Source of the DNA: Escherichia coli | GTDB lineage: Bacteria; Pseudomonadota; Gammaproteobacteria; Enterobacterales; Enterobacteriaceae | Reading direction: 5' to 3' (one strand) | DNA: 64,000 bases | Assembly (NCBI RefSeq): GCF_030013595.1 | Contig: NZ_CP122768.1 | Shown here: positions 12,282 to 23,460 of the stretch, piece by piece | Position numbering within the stretch: the stretch's first letter is position 1 | How the letters are laid out: each line of letters starts with the position of its first letter | The notes under the pieces: model-generated | The model's database searches: none | Seen by the model: only the letters and a program-made list of their open reading frames with translations | Told to the model about the DNA's origin: nothing | Made by a program: the position numbers and the translations under genes

Positions 12282-13415
12282 TCAAAACGAAGCTAATTGA
12301 CCCTGAATCCAGATTTGTTGCACATGCAGCCCGCTATCCAGCGCAACGACGCTGGCGCGTTTGCCCGGTTTAAGCGATCCCAGAACATCATCAACACCCA
12401 GCATACGCGCCGGATGCAGCGACGCCATATGGATGGCTTCCGCAGGCGTTACGTCCGTCAACTCGACCATATTGCGCACTGCCGCATCAACAGACAGCGT
12501 ACTGCCCGCCAGTCCACCGGACGCGGTACGGACAACGCCACCGTGCATCTGCACTTCTTCGCCACATAACGTATAGCGACCATCCGGCATCCCGGCTGCC
12601 TGCATCGCGTCGGTGATCAGCACGATTCTCTCTTTCGCACAGCAACAACACAGCGACATCGCCGCCGGATGCACATGATGACCATCGGCTATCAGTTCCA
12701 GCCAGGCGCGCTTGTCCGTTAATCCCGCGCCAACCATTCCCGGTTCGCGGTGATGTAAACCTGTCATCCCGTTATAGCAATGCACCAGGCCGTCGGCACC
12801 AGCGTCAAACGCGGCACGGGTTTGTTGCCAGGTCGCCGCGCTATGCCCCAGTATCACCCGTACGTTTTGCTGTTTAAGATGGCGGATGGCCTGCAATGCC
12901 CCTTCTTTTTCCGGTGCCAGCGCTACCACGCGCAAGGTGTGCTGAGAAACGGCAATCAATTGATCCAGCTCGGCAATTTCCAGCTCGCGAAACAGCTCCG
13001 GCGGATGCGCGCCTTTATTCTGCGGCGTGAAGTACGGTCCTTCGAGATAACTCCCCAGCACTTGCGCACCAGGTCCGCCGCGTTGGCAACGTTGAGCAAT
13101 ACGTTTCAGCGCCGCATGAATGGTATTAAGCGGCGCGGTTACGGTGGTCGGTAACCAACTGCCGACACCTTCGCGTGCTTTGTGCATTGCCAGCTTGTCG
13201 AGCACATCCGGCGCGTCATCCATTACATCAACGCCCGCACCACCATGTACATGGGTGTCGATGTAAGCGGGGCAGAGCAGTTCCGCATCGCGTTCAGTCA
13301 CGCCCACTGGAATCGGTTCGATTGCTGAGATTACACCGTCAGCAATACGCAACTGATGGTCATCGAGCCATCCCTCTTCAGTCAGCAGCCTTCTGGCGCG
13401 CAGAACGTGTGTCAT
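12282..13415 (-). CDS. agaA: N-acetylgalactosamine-6-phosphate deacetylase AgaA, full length (377 aa)
   Basis: ORF track 12282..13436; start trimmed to MTHVLRARRLL; NagA-like amidohydrolase with metal-binding His motifs; full length here, unlike the truncated K-12 allele. Confidence 0.85.
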   Translation of the reverse strand: MTHVLRARRLLTEEGWLDDHQLRIADGVISAIEPIPVGVTERDAELLCPAYIDTHVHGGAGVDVMDDAPDVLDKLAMHKAREGVGSWLPTTVTAPLNTIHAALKRIAQRCQRGGPGAQVLGSYLEGPYFTPQNKGAHPPELFRELEIAELDQLIAVSQHTLRVVALAPEKEGALQAIRHLKQQNVRVILGHSAATWQQTRAAFDAGADGLVHCYNGMTGLHHREPGMVGAGLTDKRAWLELIADGHHVHPAAMSLCCCCAKERIVLITDAMQAAGMPDGRYTLCGEEVQMHGGVVRTASGGLAGSTLSVDAAVRNMVELTDVTPAEAIHMASLHPARMLGVDDVLGSLKPGKRASVVALDSGLHVQQIWIQGQLASF

Positions 13416-13846
13416 ATTCCTTCCTCGACCGGACATTCTTCATGGCAGCGGCCTAACTCGTCCACCAAACTGGTCAGCCCACGGTGTCCACACTCCAGCG
13501 CCTGCACACGGAACTCTTCACCGCTTAACCCTTCGCGCTCCAGCACCATCTCCAGTAGCAGTTGCAAATTGGTGCCGGTGATCACTTCACAGCCCGGTTT
13601 TTGCATCGCCAGCGTTGAAGCTACGCGAAACGGCGTGCCGCCCAGCAAATCCGTCAGAAAAACAATGCCGTCTTCACAATCGAGTTGGGCGATGGCCTCT
13701 TCAAGCTGCGATGTAAGCTGCGCGGTGCTTGAGGTTTCGGGAAAATCGATGGCAATAAACTGCGATTGCTCGCCGAGGATTTGCTTCATTGCTTTTTCCA
13801 TGCCACTGGCAAATCCGCCATGCCCTGTCAAAATAATACTTAACAT
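13412..13846 (-). CDS. agaF: PTS EIIA component AgaF (144 aa)
   Basis: ORF 13412..13846; mannose-family IIA sequence MLSIILTGHGGFASG; ATGA overlap with agaA start. Confidence 0.8.
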   Translation of the reverse strand: MLSIILTGHGGFASGMEKAMKQILGEQSQFIAIDFPETSSTAQLTSQLEEAIAQLDCEDGIVFLTDLLGGTPFRVASTLAMQKPGCEVITGTNLQLLLEMVLEREGLSGEEFRVQALECGHRGLTSLVDELGRCHEECPVEEGI

Positions 13847-13863
13847 CTAATACCTCATTGTAT

Positions 13864-14742
13864 TTAAAGGAAATGACAGAATTTACCGACGATGCCGAGT
13901 ACCACGGTAACTGCAATCAGGCGCAGCGGACTCCAGCCGCGGCGTACCAGCCAGAACATGGTCAGGGTGTAGACCAGCGGTAAGAAGGCAGGCATCAGTT
14001 TGTCGATAACATCAGCCTGTAACTTAACCACTGCGTCGCCAGCGGTGATTTCCAGCGTGGTGCTTAAACGAACATAGGTTGCCACCAGCGCGCCGATTAC
14101 CGTCATCCCAACGATTGACGCAGCATGGCCGACTTTTTTGGTATTCGCTTTAATGAGTGGAATCGCCGCCACGCCCATGCGGTAAGCATAATGCGCCAGA
14201 CCAAAACGCAGCCCCAGGTGTACCACGTTGAACAGAACAATAAATACGACTGCGCCAAGAATGGAGCCTTGTAATGCCAGACTGGCACCAATCCCGCCAC
14301 AAATCGGCAGTAGCGTTAGCCAGAACATCGCATCGCCAATCCCGCCAAGCGGCGCACCGACGGCAATTTTGGTGCTCTGAATACTGTTAACGTCCTGCTT
14401 AGAACGCTCCATCGCAAGGATAATGCCGATAACAAACGTCACCAGAAACGGATGGGTATTGAAGAAACCCATATGCCCCTTCATGGCGCGCGCCAGGTCG
14501 CGTTTATTAGTGTGGATCTTTTTCAGAGCAGGCAGCAGACCGTACAACCAGCCGGAAGCCTGCATACGTTCGTAGTTAAAAGACGCTTGTAACAGCATGG
14601 AACGCCAGGCGACGCGGTTGATATCTTTTTTTGTCAGCTCCGCGCCAATACTCTGATCTTCATACACGTTTTCATTGACGCCTGTCAGCAGTGTTTCTTC
14701 GTTTTCACTGACGTTCGGCAGGGTGGTTTGATTAGATGCCAT
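13864..14742 (-). CDS. agaE: PTS N-acetylgalactosamine-specific EIID component AgaE
   Basis: ORF 13864..14748; paralogous to AgaD (shared FNYERMQA motif). Confidence 0.8.
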   Translation of the reverse strand: MASNQTTLPNVSENEETLLTGVNENVYEDQSIGAELTKKDINRVAWRSMLLQASFNYERMQASGWLYGLLPALKKIHTNKRDLARAMKGHMGFFNTHPFLVTFVIGIILAMERSKQDVNSIQSTKIAVGAPLGGIGDAMFWLTLLPICGGIGASLALQGSILGAVVFIVLFNVVHLGLRFGLAHYAYRMGVAAIPLIKANTKKVGHAASIVGMTVIGALVATYVRLSTTLEITAGDAVVKLQADVIDKLMPAFLPLVYTLTMFWLVRRGWSPLRLIAVTVVLGIVGKFCHFL

Positions 14743-15511
14743 CTTCAAATTCCTCTTTCTGTGCCGCAGGTTGAGTCGGTTCAGGAGATTTACGCAGCAG
14801 GTCGATCAGCGCCATCGCCAGCGCGGCGGCAGCAATAGCCAGCACCGGTAACTTGAGCCAGGCTGCGGCAACAAAGCCCAGGATGAAGTAGGGGATGTAG
14901 ACGTTTTTCATCATGATTTTCAGCAGCACGGCAAAACCGATTGCTGGCATGATGCCGCCCGCGACGCCGAGGCCGTCGATTAATCGTTGCGGCAGGACAT
15001 CAATGATGGTTTTGGCATGTTCTGCGCCGAAGTAGATAGGCAGGAAAGCGCAGAGAAAATAGAAAGTGCCGAGTGCCAACAGTGCCAGATAGTTCACGCG
15101 TTCAATGCCGCGTGTATCGGCGTTCTCCGCCATCCGGTCGCAGCGGGACATTACGCCAGACATCACCGAGAACAGGAAGGTAATCCCCATCTGTACTGCG
15201 ACAGCGAAAGGTACGGCGACACCGACCGCGACATCGGGTTTCACGCCAGTAGTAATGGCAAACGCCGTGCCGACGATAGTACCGATAATCACGTTAGGCG
15301 GCTGTGCGCCCGCCAGCGGGGCCAGCCCCATCCACACCAGTTCCAGCGTACCGCCGGTTAAAATACCGGTATGCAGATCGCCAAGTACCAGCCCGACTAA
15401 CGGGCCGAGGACCACCGGGCGGTGCATATGGGTTAAGCCGTTAAACATATCCAGGCCAGCGATAAAGGCGATAATGCCCAACGCGAATGCCTGCAACAGA
15501 CTGATTTCCAT
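14732..15511 (-). CDS. agaW: PTS N-acetylgalactosamine-specific EIIC component AgaW, full length (259 aa)
   Basis: ORF 14732..15511; paralogous to AgaC. Confidence 0.8.
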   Translation of the reverse strand: MEISLLQAFALGIIAFIAGLDMFNGLTHMHRPVVLGPLVGLVLGDLHTGILTGGTLELVWMGLAPLAGAQPPNVIIGTIVGTAFAITTGVKPDVAVGVAVPFAVAVQMGITFLFSVMSGVMSRCDRMAENADTRGIERVNYLALLALGTFYFLCAFLPIYFGAEHAKTIIDVLPQRLIDGLGVAGGIMPAIGFAVLLKIMMKNVYIPYFILGFVAAAWLKLPVLAIAAAALAMALIDLLRKSPEPTQPAAQKEEFEDGI

Positions 15512-15521
15512 GATGAATCCC

Positions 15522-15995
15522 TCAAAGTAATTTAAAGAGGTCCACAGCAGGCTCTGTCGGGACGCCCTGAACGAAGCATTCCACCCCAGCGGCTTTCAGG
15601 TCGTTAAATGCTGCGATATCGCCCGCATCCACAGAAACCGTTTTGGCGATTTGTTGCTTGCCATTGGCGTAGTGCATATTGCCAACGTTAATGCGATTCA
15701 CCGGAACGCCACCTTTCACCAGCGTCAGGAAATCGGCAGGTGTTTTACAAACCAGCAGGATTTTCTGTCGATCGGCGGCGCGATGAATGTTGTCGATGAC
15801 TTTTTGCAGCGTCCAGAAACGTACGGCGATCCCTTCTGCCAGTACCATTTCCATCAGGTTTTGTTGTACCGGATCTTCGGCAACCTCATCGTTGGCTACC
15901 AGCACCAGATTTGCCCCCGCAAATCCGACCCACTGAACGCCGACCTGACCGTGAATCAAGCGTTCATCAATCCGGCTTAAAACAATATTTGGCAT
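15522..15995 (-). CDS. agaV: PTS N-acetylgalactosamine-specific EIIB component AgaV (157 aa)
   Basis: ORF track 15522..16031; start trimmed to MPNIVLSRIDERLIHGQ; paralogous to AgaB. Confidence 0.8.
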   Translation of the reverse strand: MPNIVLSRIDERLIHGQVGVQWVGFAGANLVLVANDEVAEDPVQQNLMEMVLAEGIAVRFWTLQKVIDNIHRAADRQKILLVCKTPADFLTLVKGGVPVNRINVGNMHYANGKQQIAKTVSVDAGDIAAFNDLKAAGVECFVQGVPTEPAVDLFKLL

Positions 15996-16017
15996 AGCGT
16001 GTTCCTCTTTGTTTTGC

Positions 16018-17298
16018 TTATTGGCCTTCACAGGCTGTGTGGTACTGCGCCAGGATGTCCTGAATATGGTTGATAATGAGTTCCCGTGGCGTCGGTTGCA
16101 GCTCGCCGGAGCGAACTTTCACGTACTGCAGCGGCAGATACTGACTGATCAGCGGTAGCGGAATTGGTGAATCCGCCAGATTACGAACCAGATGAGCGAA
16201 AGCGTCATCAATCTGGCTGTCTGGCCAGTAATAGCGCACGCGATCTGAGTAGCTATAACCACGCGCCAGACGACGCGCGTTGCCGTCACCGTGGTAGTGG
16301 CTTTGCCAGTATTCCGGGCGGTCGAGCATCACGTTTTCCAGCACCTGACGCAGACCAGAACAGGCTTTTGCTGGCACCAGTTCTTCTTCAATCGCTGCCA
16401 GAGAGAACAGAGCTTCACGCAGGGCGAAGGTCAGCGCCGGGCCAACTTTCAGAATGGCAAAGTGGTCAATCACCAGCTGGCGCAGCGATTGCGGCGTTTG
16501 ATAATCGGTAGAGTGCGCTTCGAAAATCAGCGTTTCGTAGTTTTCGACCATCTGGCTTAAGGCGGTCGCTTTAGCTGGCTGATAATCAATAACGTTGGTG
16601 TGATCGAATTCGACGCCGGGTTGTACCACCAGAGCAATGATGCGTGGCCAGATGGCACTCAGACCTTGCTTTTCAAAGGCGTGACGATGGGCTTCCAGCG
16701 TGGCACGGGCGGCATCCGGCGTGGTGACCGCCAGCTCGCTTAAGGTTTCATGCGCGCCGCCAGGTACCGGTACTTCGGTCCCAATGACATACACGAGATC
16801 GGCTTCGCCAAAGTGTTCACGACAGGTTTCTTCCGCCACTTTCGCCAGACGTGCGGCGCGTTCAGCCACGATGTCATCAGTTAAGGGAACCGGATCGTCC
16901 TGACAGGACATGCTGCAATCAAGGTGAATTTTTTTGAATCCTGCCGCCACGTAGCTTTTAATCAAATCATCGGCATTGGCCATTGCCTGAGCGGCAGGCA
17001 GGCTTTGCCAGCGGTTTGGACCCAGATGGTCGCCACCCAGAATCAACGCATCCTGTGGGAAATTCAACGAGTCGGCGAGCTGACAAACAAAGCCGCGAAA
17101 ATCGGCGGGCGTCATTCCGGTATAACCGCCGAACTGGTCCACCTGATTGGAGGTTGCTTCAATCAGTAACGGCGTTTGGTTTGCACTGGCGTAGCGGATT
17201 GCAGCTTCCAGCACCAGCGGATGTGCGGAACAAACGGCATAAATCCCATTTGTTTTGCCCTCTTTGTGCTGTCTCACCATTTCTGTCAGATGTTTCAC
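16018..17298 (-). CDS. kbaZ: Tagatose-bisphosphate aldolase non-catalytic subunit KbaZ (426 aa)
   Basis: ORF 16018..17298; GatZ/KbaZ family sequence. Confidence 0.9.
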   Translation of the reverse strand: MKHLTEMVRQHKEGKTNGIYAVCSAHPLVLEAAIRYASANQTPLLIEATSNQVDQFGGYTGMTPADFRGFVCQLADSLNFPQDALILGGDHLGPNRWQSLPAAQAMANADDLIKSYVAAGFKKIHLDCSMSCQDDPVPLTDDIVAERAARLAKVAEETCREHFGEADLVYVIGTEVPVPGGAHETLSELAVTTPDAARATLEAHRHAFEKQGLSAIWPRIIALVVQPGVEFDHTNVIDYQPAKATALSQMVENYETLIFEAHSTDYQTPQSLRQLVIDHFAILKVGPALTFALREALFSLAAIEEELVPAKACSGLRQVLENVMLDRPEYWQSHYHGDGNARRLARGYSYSDRVRYYWPDSQIDDAFAHLVRNLADSPIPLPLISQYLPLQYVKVRSGELQPTPRELIINHIQDILAQYHTACEGQ

Positions 17299-17546
17299 TT
17301 TCCTCTCCAGTTCAGATTACTGCGATATTAATCTTTCGTTTTGTTTCAGTTGATACTGCGCCATGGTGAGATAAAAATAAAACGAAAGATAATAGTTTTC
17401 TGATCTGATTCACAAAAGAAACATAATGAAAGCCACTGAAACGAGAGTAGCTTGCGCCAATGGGTAAGGTGGGCTTGCATTTGCTTAATAGAAAGGCGTT
17501 AATAGGCAAAACGAAATGAAACGAAAGTTTTACGAAAGGACTTACT
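17299..17546. promoter_or_regulatory. Divergent kbaZ / agaR control region (AgaR operator and promoter region expected)
   Basis: AT-rich 248-bp spacer between divergent kbaZ (-) and agaR (+); individual sites not mapped. Confidence 0.45.
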
Positions 17547-18356
17547 ATGAGTAATACCGACGCTTCAGGTGAGAAGCGAATGACAGGCACCAGCGAGCGA
17601 CGAGAACAGATCATTCAGCGTCTGCGACAGCAAGGGAGTGTGCAGGTTAACGATCTGTCGGCATTGTATGGCGTATCTACTGTGACGATCCGCAACGATC
17701 TGGCGTTTCTGGAAAAGCAGGGGATCGCTGTGCGTGCCTATGGCGGCGCGTTGATCTGCGATAGCACCACGCCGTCAGTCGAGCCATCAGTGGAAGATAA
17801 AAGCGCGCTGAACACCGCGATGAAACGCAGCGTTGCGAAAGCTGCCGTTGAGTTGATTCAGCCAGGTCATCGGGTGATCCTCGATTCCGGGACCACCACT
17901 TTTGAGATTGCTCGTCTGATGCGCAAGCACACTGACGTAATTGCGATGACCAACGGTATGAACGTGGCTAATGCGTTGCTGGAAGCGGAAGGCGTTGAGC
18001 TGCTGATGACCGGCGGGCATTTGCGCCGTCAGTCGCAATCTTTTTACGGCGATCAAGCTGAACAATCGCTGCAAAATTACCACTTCGATATGCTGTTTCT
18101 TGGTGTAGATGCGATCGATCTGGAGCGCGGCGTCAGCACACATAATGAAGATGAAGCCCGTTTAAACCGCCGGATGTGCGAAGTTGCGGAACGGATCATC
18201 GTGGTCACCGATTCCAGTAAATTCAATCGTTCCAGTTTACATAAGATCATTGATACTCAACGTATCGACATGATCATTGTTGATGAAGGCATTCCTGCGG
18301 ATAGCCTGGAAGGGCTGCGAAAGGCTGGGGTTGAAGTGATTCTGGTCGGGGAGTGA
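17547..18356 (+). CDS. agaR: DeoR-family repressor of the aga regulon AgaR (269 aa)
   Basis: ORF 17547..18356; N-terminal HTH ([19 protein letters not shown]) and DeoR C-terminal sensor domain. Confidence 0.9.
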   Translation: MSNTDASGEKRMTGTSERREQIIQRLRQQGSVQVNDLSALYGVSTVTIRNDLAFLEKQGIAVRAYGGALICDSTTPSVEPSVEDKSALNTAMKRSVAKAAVELIQPGHRVILDSGTTTFEIARLMRKHTDVIAMTNGMNVANALLEAEGVELLMTGGHLRRQSQSFYGDQAEQSLQNYHFDMLFLGVDAIDLERGVSTHNEDEARLNRRMCEVAERIIVVTDSSKFNRSSLHKIIDTQRIDMIIVDEGIPADSLEGLRKAGVEVILVGE

Positions 18357-18410
18357 GAAAGGGTGCCCGCTGGTCAACACGAATGCGTTCGGCGGGCATT
18401 GTGAACACCA

Positions 18411-18875
18411 TCAATGGGGTTCTTCTGTCTCTCGGGTGAGGGTTTCCCAGTCGGCAGGAGGATGTCCTCTTTTTAACATTTTGCTGAATACGGTATAGGC
18501 ATCTGTTTTTTTACCGTAGGTGCGCAGAGTGTTTTCATCGTTCATCCATCCCAGAATGATGACTTTCTCTTTTTCACTATAACGAAAGAAGAGACGATAA
18601 CGACCAGCACCAAATTTTACCCGTGACCAGTCTTTATTTTTCCCAGAGCCTAACGACTTGCCATGACGGAATGCCGGTGATGATGGATTGACCGTGATAT
18701 GCTCCTCAATCACTTTATGGACTACCGCCAATAACTTTGTGGCGGCTTTTCTCTGATAATTTTCAGGATCTTTTCCCTTTAATGTCTCGACTTCGGCAAC
18801 TAAAGCGTCGTAGGTTTCCTGAAAACAGGGATGAGCATATAGCGCCCAACCATTAACCCTTTGTGGAAAATCCAT
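18411..18875 (-). CDS. yhaV: Type II toxin YhaV (ribosome-dependent mRNA interferase, 154 aa)
   Basis: ORF 18411..18875; start overlaps prlF stop by 1 nt; recognised YhaV sequence. Confidence 0.9.
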   Translation of the reverse strand: MDFPQRVNGWALYAHPCFQETYDALVAEVETLKGKDPENYQRKAATKLLAVVHKVIEEHITVNPSSPAFRHGKSLGSGKNKDWSRVKFGAGRYRLFFRYSEKEKVIILGWMNDENTLRTYGKKTDAYTVFSKMLKRGHPPADWETLTRETEEPH

Positions 18876-19210
18876 TATTCGTCGTCGCCAATCTCATCAT
18901 CAATGTTGACGTCCATGCCAGCGACAAGTTTCTTTCCTTGTTGAATGTTGAATGGACGAGTTTTTTGCGGGTTGTTCTGGATATCTGCATCCAGAAAACG
19001 CAAAAATGCATTCATAGTATGATCCTCCTGTTCATCTCCCAGTCGGCACATAAATACTTGCCCACCAGGCAGAATTTCGTAATGAATGCTGTCCTGGCCT
19101 GGCTTCAGTTTTAAGGCCTCACGCACTGGCGCGGGGATAGTTGTTTGTCCGCGTATCGTGACCTTTGATTCAGTGGTCAGTACAGCGTGAGAGCGAGCAT
19201 TAGCGGGCAT
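18875..19210 (-). CDS. prlF: Antitoxin PrlF/SohA (AbrB/SpoVT-type DNA-binding, 111 aa)
   Basis: ORF 18875..19210; acidic C-terminal tail (DVNIDDEIGDDE); immediately upstream of yhaV. Confidence 0.9.
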   Translation of the reverse strand: MPANARSHAVLTTESKVTIRGQTTIPAPVREALKLKPGQDSIHYEILPGGQVFMCRLGDEQEDHTMNAFLRFLDADIQNNPQKTRPFNIQQGKKLVAGMDVNIDDEIGDDE

Positions 19211-19304
19211 GATTCACTGTCCTTTTACAGCCTGTTTTCTGCTCAAATTATAAGCTTGAACTAAGGTAATGCAAATGCATTATTAATGGACGTGGGGACT
19301 TTAA

Positions 19305-19336
19305 ACAATAAAAACATGGCACTAAGGCCATGTTTT
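19305..19336 (-). terminator. Putative intrinsic terminator downstream of garD
   Basis: Minus-strand hairpin aaaacatggcc-ttagt-gccatgtttt followed by T-rich tract, just 3' of garD stop. Confidence 0.5.
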
Positions 19337-19358
19337 GCGAGGGACGTTCCAAAAGAAA

Positions 19359-20930
19359 TCAGGTCACCGGTGCCGGGTTAAACACCGCCAGCTGGTTATG
19401 CAGTCCCCATTGATCTGAGAAGGTTTTCTTCTTCCCGCTGGCGACGTCGAGAATAAAGTGGAACAACTTCCAGCCCACCTCTTCAATGCTCTCTTCGCCG
19501 GTAGCGATAGTGCCCGCGTTAATATCCATTAAATCAAACCAGCGGTTCGCCAGCTCGGTGCGGGTCGCCATTTTAATGACGGGTACCGCCATCAGGCCGT
19601 ACGGCGTACCACGGCCGGTCGTAAACACTTGCACGGTAATCCCTGAAGCCACCTGTTGTGTGCCACAGACAAAATCGCTGGCTGGCGTCGCGGCGTAAAT
19701 TAATCCGCGTTTAGTCGGGCGTTGACCGGGCGACAGCACTTCAACAATTGCGCTTTTACCCGATTTAGCAATGGAGCCGAGCGCTTTCTCCACCACATTT
19801 GCCAGACCGCCTTTCTTGTTGCCCGGCGAAGGGTTGGCGCTGCGGTCGGTTTTTCCCATATTGAGATAGTTATCGTACCACTCCATCTCCTCCAGCAGCC
19901 GTTTGCCGACCTCTTCGTTCACTGCGCGTGGTGTCAGCAGATGGATCGCGTCACGCACTTCCGTGACTTCTGAAAACATCACCGTTGCGCCGCAGCGCAC
20001 CAGTAGATCAGACGCATACCCAACCGCCGGGTTTGCCGTTACGCCAGAAAACGCATCGCTGCCGCCGCACTGCATGCCGACAACCAGTTCTGAAGCCGGA
20101 CAGGTTTCTCGCTGCCGTTGATTCAGTTTGTGCAAATGGCGTTCGGCGACCTGCAAAATATCCTCGACCATGGACTGAAAGCCGACATGCTTTTCATCCT
20201 GCAAACTGACAATGCTGGCGCTTTCTACTGGAATAGCTTGCACATCATCCGTTCCAGTCAGCAGGCGCTCAGGCTGCAACTTTTCACAACCCAGACCAAT
20301 CACCATTACTTCGCCGCCAAAGTTAGGGTTCAGCGAAATATTGTGGATGGTACGAATAGGCACAACTGCCGCCGGTGCATTAATCGCCACGCCACAACCG
20401 TACAAATGATTCAGCCCCACCACGCCATCGACGTTCGGGTATTTCGGTAGCAGATCGCGTTCAATGATTTTTACTACATAGTCCACCACGCCTGCTACAC
20501 AGTGGACGCTGGTGGTGATGCCGAGCAGGTTTTTAGTGCCCACGCTGCCATCGGCATTGCGATAGCCCTCAAAGGTGTATCCTTCCAGCGGCGGTAAGGG
20601 GTCCGGGACTTTGGTTGCCAGTGGCAGCGTGTGTAACGGCGGCGCTTCCGGTAGTACAACCATTGATTCGTCGATCCAGCTTCCGCGTGGGATTGCGCGC
20701 ACGGCGTAACCAATCACTTCGCCATAACGAATAATTTCACCATTAGCCGGAATGTCCAGCAATGCGACTTTATGCCCCTGGGGAATATGTTCAATTAATT
20801 CCAGCCCATCCGGAAAACGCGTTCCTGCTTTCAGGCCATTATCATTAACAATAATTGCCACATTATCTGTGTCGTGAACTTTTATATAAAACGCAGTTGG
20901 CGTTTCTTGTCTGATTTCGATGTTGGCCAT
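19359..20930 (-). CDS. garD: Galactarate dehydratase GarD (523 aa)
   Basis: ORF 19359..20930; UxaA-family (SAF + dehydratase) sequence paralogous to UxaA at 53823. Confidence 0.9.
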   Translation of the reverse strand: MANIEIRQETPTAFYIKVHDTDNVAIIVNDNGLKAGTRFPDGLELIEHIPQGHKVALLDIPANGEIIRYGEVIGYAVRAIPRGSWIDESMVVLPEAPPLHTLPLATKVPDPLPPLEGYTFEGYRNADGSVGTKNLLGITTSVHCVAGVVDYVVKIIERDLLPKYPNVDGVVGLNHLYGCGVAINAPAAVVPIRTIHNISLNPNFGGEVMVIGLGCEKLQPERLLTGTDDVQAIPVESASIVSLQDEKHVGFQSMVEDILQVAERHLHKLNQRQRETCPASELVVGMQCGGSDAFSGVTANPAVGYASDLLVRCGATVMFSEVTEVRDAIHLLTPRAVNEEVGKRLLEEMEWYDNYLNMGKTDRSANPSPGNKKGGLANVVEKALGSIAKSGKSAIVEVLSPGQRPTKRGLIYAATPASDFVCGTQQVASGITVQVFTTGRGTPYGLMAVPVIKMATRTELANRWFDLMDINAGTIATGEESIEEVGWKLFHFILDVASGKKKTFSDQWGLHNQLAVFNPAPVT

Positions 20931-21304
20931 TGTGCAATATTCTCCAGCCAGGGGTTATTAAAATGAGGACCTGGTCTCATTTAAAAATAAATGACTTCAT
21001 TGGGTGAAATAAGAATGTCAGGAGTTTAAACGCAGAAATGTGATCAATGTCAATCATTTCAGGGATTGCAGTGCCGCACGGTAAGGTAAAGCGCAAATCT
21101 GTGCTTTAGCGCGCAACCTTATGTGCATATGCTCAAAATAATATTTAAATAATATTAATTAAATTAGCATTTGCACAATGATTATTATTCTCGCGCTGCT
21201 TATACTAATTCCCGAGTTCATTGCCGTAACGGTATAAATAAAACTCATAAATAACACCTTCCCCATAATAATAAAAATCAGCATAAGTACCCGAGGTAAA
21301 TAAA
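20931..21304. promoter_or_regulatory. Divergent garD / garPLRK control region
   Basis: 374-bp AT-rich spacer between divergent operons; CdaR-dependent promoters expected here; sites not individually resolved. Confidence 0.45.
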
Positions 21305-22639
21305 ATGATTCTGGACACCGTTGACGTAAAAAAGAAAGGCGTGCATACCCGCTATTTAATATTACTGATTATTTTTATTGTTACCGCCGTTAACTACGCC
21401 GATCGTGCAACGCTGTCTATTGCTGGTACCGAAGTGGCAAAAGAGTTGCAGTTAAGTGCGGTTTCGATGGGTTACATCTTCTCCGCTTTTGGCTGGGCCT
21501 ACCTGCTGATGCAAATCCCCGGCGGCTGGTTGCTTGATAAGTTTGGCTCGAAAAAAGTTTACACCTACAGCCTCTTTTTCTGGTCGCTGTTCACCTTCCT
21601 GCAAGGCTTTGTTGATATGTTCCCGTTGGCCTGGGCAGGGATCTCCATGTTCTTTATGCGCTTTATGCTCGGCTTCTCGGAAGCGCCATCATTCCCGGCG
21701 AACGCCCGTATTGTCGCCGCCTGGTTTCCGACAAAAGAACGTGGTACTGCCTCCGCCATCTTTAACTCGGCGCAATATTTCTCGCTGGCGCTCTTTTCGC
21801 CGCTGCTTGGCTGGCTGACTTTCGCCTGGGGCTGGGAGCACGTCTTTACCGTTATGGGGGTAATTGGTTTTGTGCTGACGGCGCTGTGGATCAAGTTGAT
21901 TCATAACCCGACAGATCACCCACGTATGTCTGCGGAAGAGCTGAAGTTTATCTCAGAAAATGGCGCGGTGGTCGATATGGACCACAAAAAGCCGGGCAGT
22001 GTGGCAGCAAGCGGTCCCAAGCTGCATTACATCAAGCAATTGCTCTCTAACCGCATGATGCTGGGCGTATTTTTCGGACAATATTTTATCAACACCATCA
22101 CCTGGTTCTTCCTCACCTGGTTCCCAATTTATCTGGTGCAGGAAAAAGGCATGTCGATTCTGAAAGTGGGTCTGGTCGCCTCGATTCCGGCACTGTGTGG
22201 CTTTGCGGGCGGCGTGCTGGGAGGTGTCTTCTCGGATTATCTGATCAAACGCGGTTTGTCCCTGACCCTGGCACGTAAGCTACCGATTGTGCTGGGAATG
22301 TTGCTGGCTTCCACCATCATCTTATGTAACTACACCAACAACACCACGCTGGTGGTCATGCTGATGGCGCTGGCTTTCTTTGGCAAAGGATTTGGTGCGC
22401 TGGGCTGGTCAGTGATTTCTGACACCGCGCCGAAAGAGATTGTTGGCCTCTGCGGCGGCGTCTTTAACGTCTTTGGCAATGTTGCCTCCATTGTCACTCC
22501 ACTGGTGATTGGCTATCTGGTAAGTGAACTGCACTCCTTCAATGCAGCACTGGTTTTCGTGGGATGTTCAGCGCTGATGGCGATGGTCTGCTACCTCTTC
22601 GTAGTTGGCGACATTAAACGTATGGAATTGCAGAAATAA
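21305..22639 (+). CDS. garP: Galactarate/glucarate/glycerate MFS transporter GarP (444 aa)
   Basis: ORF 21305..22639; MFS anion:cation symporter sequence. Confidence 0.9.
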   Translation: MILDTVDVKKKGVHTRYLILLIIFIVTAVNYADRATLSIAGTEVAKELQLSAVSMGYIFSAFGWAYLLMQIPGGWLLDKFGSKKVYTYSLFFWSLFTFLQGFVDMFPLAWAGISMFFMRFMLGFSEAPSFPANARIVAAWFPTKERGTASAIFNSAQYFSLALFSPLLGWLTFAWGWEHVFTVMGVIGFVLTALWIKLIHNPTDHPRMSAEELKFISENGAVVDMDHKKPGSVAASGPKLHYIKQLLSNRMMLGVFFGQYFINTITWFFLTWFPIYLVQEKGMSILKVGLVASIPALCGFAGGVLGGVFSDYLIKRGLSLTLARKLPIVLGMLLASTIILCNYTNNTTLVVMLMALAFFGKGFGALGWSVISDTAPKEIVGLCGGVFNVFGNVASIVTPLVIGYLVSELHSFNAALVFVGCSALMAMVCYLFVVGDIKRMELQK

Positions 22640-22654
22640 GCAAAGGTATAAGCG

Positions 22655-23425
22655 ATGAATAACGATGTTTTCCCGAATAAATTCAAAGCCGCATTGGCTG
22701 CGAAACAGGTACAAATTGGTTGCTGGTCAGCACTCTCTAACCCGATTAGCACTGAAGTTCTTGGTTTGGCTGGGTTTGACTGGCTGGTGCTGGATGGCGA
22801 ACATGCGCCAAACGATATCTCCACGTTTATTCCGCAGTTAATGGCCCTGAAAGGCAGCGCCAGCGCGCCAGTAGTACGAGTGCCGACCAACGAGCCGGTA
22901 ATTATTAAGCGTCTTCTGGATATCGGTTTCTATAACTTCCTGATTCCTTTTGTAGAAACAAAAGAGGAAGCAGAGCAGGCGGTGGCATCAACCCGTTATC
23001 CACCGGAAGGCATTCGCGGCGTCTCCGTTTCTCACCGCGCCAATATGTTTGGCACCGTGGCGGATTATTTCGCTCAGTCGAACAAGAACATCACCATTCT
23101 GGTCCAGATAGAAAGTCAGCAGGGCGTAGATAACGTCGATGCCATTGCCGCTACCGAAGGTGTAGACGGTATCTTCGTCGGCCCCAGCGATCTGGCTGCG
23201 GCATTAGGCCATCTCGGCAATGCCTCGCACCCGGATGTACAAAAAGCAATTCAGCACATTTTTAACCGTGCCAGTGCGCACGGCAAACCCAGCGGTATCC
23301 TCGCACCGGTCGAAGCCGATGCGCGTCGTTATCTGGAATGGGGTGCGACGTTTGTGGCTGTCGGCAGCGATCTCGGCGTCTTCCGCTCTGCCACTCAGAA
23401 ACTGGCTGATACCTTTAAAAAATAA
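22655..23425 (+). CDS. garL: 5-keto-4-deoxy-D-glucarate (2-dehydro-3-deoxygalactarate) aldolase GarL (256 aa)
   Basis: ORF 22655..23425; HpcH/HpaI aldolase family. Confidence 0.9.
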
Positions 23426-23460
23426 CCACCACCGCAACAAGAGAGATGATTGATATGACT

